The notes beneath the pieces were generated by a model. That model did not search any database. It was not told the DNA's origin and saw nothing but the letters and a program-made list of their open reading frames with translations. Shown here piece by piece: positions 61,406 through 64,000 of a stretch of 64,000 nt of DNA (positions are counted from its first letter, which is position 1; each line of letters begins with the position of its first letter). The stretch covers positions 256,001 to 320,000 of the forward strand of contig OY760686.1 in NCBI GenBank assembly GCA_963663865.1, given 5' to 3'. Position numbers and translations under genes: made by a program. Origin of the DNA: Spirochaetota bacterium. Lineage in GTDB: Bacteria > Spirochaetota > UBA4802 > UBA5550.

Positions 61406-62428
61406 ATGATAAAATCATCAACCCGCCTTTATGCGGTTTTAGCCCTTTTCTTATTACTCGTCTCATGCTCAGATCAAATACCCGATACAAGCCAGGTTTC
61501 TACGAATACCGAAAACAGCACGCCTTTGCCCGGGACTCAAAGCGGAAGTGAAAATAGCGAACCAGATGTAAATGACAGCCATGATACCGGAGGAGATGTA
61601 ATTACTCCAGAACAATCCCCGATTTCTACATTAAAAGCCATTTCTTCATCAGGTATTCTTTCTCCGTCCTTTTTACCGGAAACACACGAATACACAATTC
61701 TTCTGATCAATAGCGATCCGGTTTTCTTTCTCGAGTTTGACAAAGAAGATGAAAAATCCTCAGCGGTACTTTCCGTTGATGGCGAGGAAAAACCATGTTC
61801 AGAAAATCATATTCAAATTAACAAAGTCGTTTCATTTGTAACAATCATTATTACATCTGAAGACGGCAATTCGACTACCGAATACCGCTTTAATATTTCC
61901 AGTCCGGAAAACCTGATTGATAACTTCTCGTTTGAGCAGTTATCTGATGAATCACTCCCAATAGCATGGCAAATGAACAGCAGCGGAGGATATGTTATAT
62001 CTTCTGAAAATGCCTTTGATGGTGATCTTGCATTTTCCTTCGATAGTCTGACCCAGTCGATTTCAGGAAGAGAACTTGTTTCCGGCCCCTGTCCTCTCAC
62101 AGGGGATAAAAGCTGCATACGGCTGTCAGCCTCATTTTTTCTCCCATTTGACTCCGTATCTGACAACACCCAGAGGGTACTCTTCAGCCTCAAACTCTAT
62201 TTTTATGCTGATATTGAATGCACCACTCCTGCATCCACAGCATACAGAACAATGAAATCAACGGGTGTTTCTGAAGAGGCCGTCTGGACGGAGCTTTCGT
62301 TTGACATTAATGAAGTGCCGGATGATTGCATAGCAGTCAAGGCTGCTGTCAGAGCCTGCTACAACCCGGGTTTAGGCTCGCGTGAAACAGCCCACTTCAT
62401 TGACTCGGTATCCCTTATTGAGTATTAG
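61406..62428 (+). CDS. Lipoprotein with cadherin-like beta-sandwich and carbohydrate-binding-module-like domain
   Basis: Lipobox LVSC. LSPSFLPETHEY...ITSEDGNSTTEY, then NLIDNFSFE...W...FIDSVSL. Confidence 0.65.
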   Translation: MIKSSTRLYAVLALFLLLVSCSDQIPDTSQVSTNTENSTPLPGTQSGSENSEPDVNDSHDTGGDVITPEQSPISTLKAISSSGILSPSFLPETHEYTILLINSDPVFFLEFDKEDEKSSAVLSVDGEEKPCSENHIQINKVVSFVTIIITSEDGNSTTEYRFNISSPENLIDNFSFEQLSDESLPIAWQMNSSGGYVISSENAFDGDLAFSFDSLTQSISGRELVSGPCPLTGDKSCIRLSASFFLPFDSVSDNTQRVLFSLKLYFYADIECTTPASTAYRTMKSTGVSEEAVWTELSFDINEVPDDCIAVKAAVRACYNPGLGSRETAHFIDSVSLIEY

Positions 62429-62492
62429 AGACGAGTCAATTCAGCAAAGCATTGATACATACTTCTTGTAGCCGCAAAGTCCATCATTTAAA

Positions 62493-62528
62493 GAGACAGG
62501 AGAACCCCGTGGTGGATTTTCCTGTCTC
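62493..62528. terminator. Hairpin downstream of lipoprotein gene
   Basis: GAGACAGGA...TCCTGTCTC stem. Confidence 0.45.
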
Positions 62529-62657
62529 CCCCTTTGACACGGGAAGGTTATCCAATTTACCCATTTATCCATTCAAAGAAAATAACTTTACTTATAGCAC
62601 CACAACCCCTTTATGATATACAGTCAATTATGACAAATCTTATTGGAGTTAAACAGC

Positions 62658-63371
62658 ATGCCAACATCACTGGAGAACAACTACCTTTCTTTACAGAAAA
62701 ATCCATATCCCGGACGAGGCATTATCTGCGGTATCAATTCTGATGCGGATAAGTTCTTTCAAATATACTGGATAATGGGAAGAAGCGCAAACAGCAGAAA
62801 CAGGGTTTTTGCGTTAAACGAAGACGGCTCAGTCAGGACAAAAGCATTTGACGAATCAAAGCTCGAAGACCCTTCTTTAATTATATATAATCCGGCAAGA
62901 AACGTTGAAAAAAACCACATTATGACCAACGGAGATCAAACCGACACTATTTATGAATACATCAAAAAAGGCAATACATTTGAGGAAGCAATCAAAAGCA
63001 GGGAGTTCGAGCCGGACAACCCGAATTACACTCCGCGAATATCCGCTATAACAAAAGAGGATTTCAGCTGTATTTTATCTATCAATAAAACACTAAACAA
63101 CAATCCAGATTATCCAGCCGTTTATTTCTACCACTTCAAAAACTTTGCCCCTGGAACAGGCCGAATGATCACAACTTATGCTGGAGATGGAAATCCTCTT
63201 CCATCCTTCATGGGAGAACCGGTTCCTGTGCCCGTAAAGGACAGCCTCGCTGAGAATTTAGATTATTACTGGCAGGCTTTGAACCAGGAGAACAGGGTTT
63301 CCCTTCTTGTTAAAGAAATAGACATGAAATCAGCTCTATTCAATACAAAAATTGTGAACTCTCACTCTTGA
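62658..63371 (+). CDS. IMP cyclohydrolase-like protein (PurO/Ntn-hydrolase type)
   Basis: NPYPGRGI, YWIMGRSANSRNR, LIIYN, TNGDQTD, EPDNPNYTPRIS and TYAGDGNPLPSF. Confidence 0.82.
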   Translation: MPTSLENNYLSLQKNPYPGRGIICGINSDADKFFQIYWIMGRSANSRNRVFALNEDGSVRTKAFDESKLEDPSLIIYNPARNVEKNHIMTNGDQTDTIYEYIKKGNTFEEAIKSREFEPDNPNYTPRISAITKEDFSCILSINKTLNNNPDYPAVYFYHFKNFAPGTGRMITTYAGDGNPLPSFMGEPVPVPVKDSLAENLDYYWQALNQENRVSLLVKEIDMKSALFNTKIVNSHS

Positions 63372-63381
63372 TTTCATCCCA

Positions 63382-63403
63382 GGGAATCCTTTTCCGGATT
63401 CCC
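63382..63403 (+). terminator. Short hairpin after the IMP cyclohydrolase gene
   Basis: GGGAATCC/GGATTCCC 8-bp stem. Confidence 0.45.
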
Positions 63404-63583
63404 TTATATCAAAAATACTTTACAATCCTGTATATTGCCGTTACATTTATTGACAGGACAAAATTATACTGGTAACAATGTCTCAAGATAATTCATTTTT
63501 GAAAATTCTCAATGGGAAAGCTGCGTGCTTCTTTCTGTTTAATTTGCAGTTTTTCAAAACAAGACCATACCAAGGAGCCGGCA

Positions 63584-64000
63584 ATGTACAGAAACAAGAT
63601 ATTCAACATTCTTTTCTTCTCAACAATTCTTTTTTTGGCCGGATGTGAACTCGACGTCCCAATCAATGAGATGTCCAGAGCCCACAGCCTGATAACCAGA
63701 GCAGATGAAGTCTCAGCAAAAAAATATGCTGATGAGAGCTACAGCAAATCTGTTGCGCTTCTTATTCAGGCTCAGAAAGATATCAGCGAAGAGAAAACGG
63801 ACGAAGCAAAATCAAATGCTGAAAAGGCATCAGATCTCGCTCAAAAAGCAATAGATGATTCCCTTCCACTACTTTCCACTGACTCTTTGGAATTAGCGAA
63901 ATCAGCATTAACTAAAGCTGAAAATCTTAACTCTGATTCATACGCAGCTGAGCAATATAACAACGCTAAATCACTTTATTCCTCAGCTGAAAAACAAAAC
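63584..64000 (+). CDS. LipL71/LruA-like helical lipoprotein, N-terminal part (runs off window end)
   Basis: AAGGAG RBS. MYRNKIFNILFFSTILFLAGCELDVPINEMSRAHSLITRADEVSAKKYA... is open to the window end and resembles the leptospiral LipL71 N-terminus as recalled. Confidence 0.6.
   Translation, partial: MYRNKIFNILFFSTILFLAGCELDVPINEMSRAHSLITRADEVSAKKYADESYSKSVALLIQAQKDISEEKTDEAKSNAEKASDLAQKAIDDSLPLLSTDSLELAKSALTKAENLNSDSYAAEQYNNAKSLYSSAEKQN

Noticed and set aside
62540-62575. TTATCCAAT and TTATCCATT as DnaA boxes
   Set aside because: Each has two mismatches to TTATCCACA, they are not part of a larger cluster, and no dnaA is nearby.
62430-62657. ZTP or purine riboswitch upstream of the IMP cyclohydrolase gene
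   Set aside because: The conserved riboswitch core sequences were not found. Only a simple hairpin is present.
1-64000. CRISPR arrays, tRNA/rRNA genes and the many short antisense ORFs in the track
   Set aside because: No regularly spaced repeats or RNA-gene signatures were seen by eye. The short ORFs overlap well-supported genes and look like shadow frames.

Overview
Bacterial chromosomal window, most likely from a Leptospira-related spirochaete. This is inferred from a LipL71/LruA-like lipoprotein, many spirochaete-type lipoboxes, and an rpmH-rnpA-yidD-yidC-jag-mnmE block with a STAS gene rather than dnaA upstream. Housekeeping genes occupy both ends (ribF, fused aroK-aroC, fused mtnN-apt; xth, sbcCD, ruvB, recN, nadK, mnmE to rpmH). 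An accessory-rich middle (about 3.7-34.5 kb) carries chemoreceptors, regulators and secreted lipoproteins. Strongest observations: (1) a ~5.5 kb integrase-less island inserted in the 3' end of a dinG helicase gene, bounded by a 66-bp direct repeat; (2) a heptamer tandem repeat that puts the signal peptide of an M4 protease out of frame, a phase-variation-like switch; (3) a coupled operon encoding a catalytically dead 5'-nucleotidase fold fused to a predicted outer-membrane barrel, next to a nucleoside deoxyribosyltransferase; (4) a lipoprotein serpin whose reactive loop is in register with the Asp-Cys site of CrmA; (5) an FG-GAP lipoprotein with two long Ser/Thr-rich amphipathic hairpins. No rRNA, tRNA or CRISPR array was recognised. 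All calls are by eye from motifs; no database searches were run.
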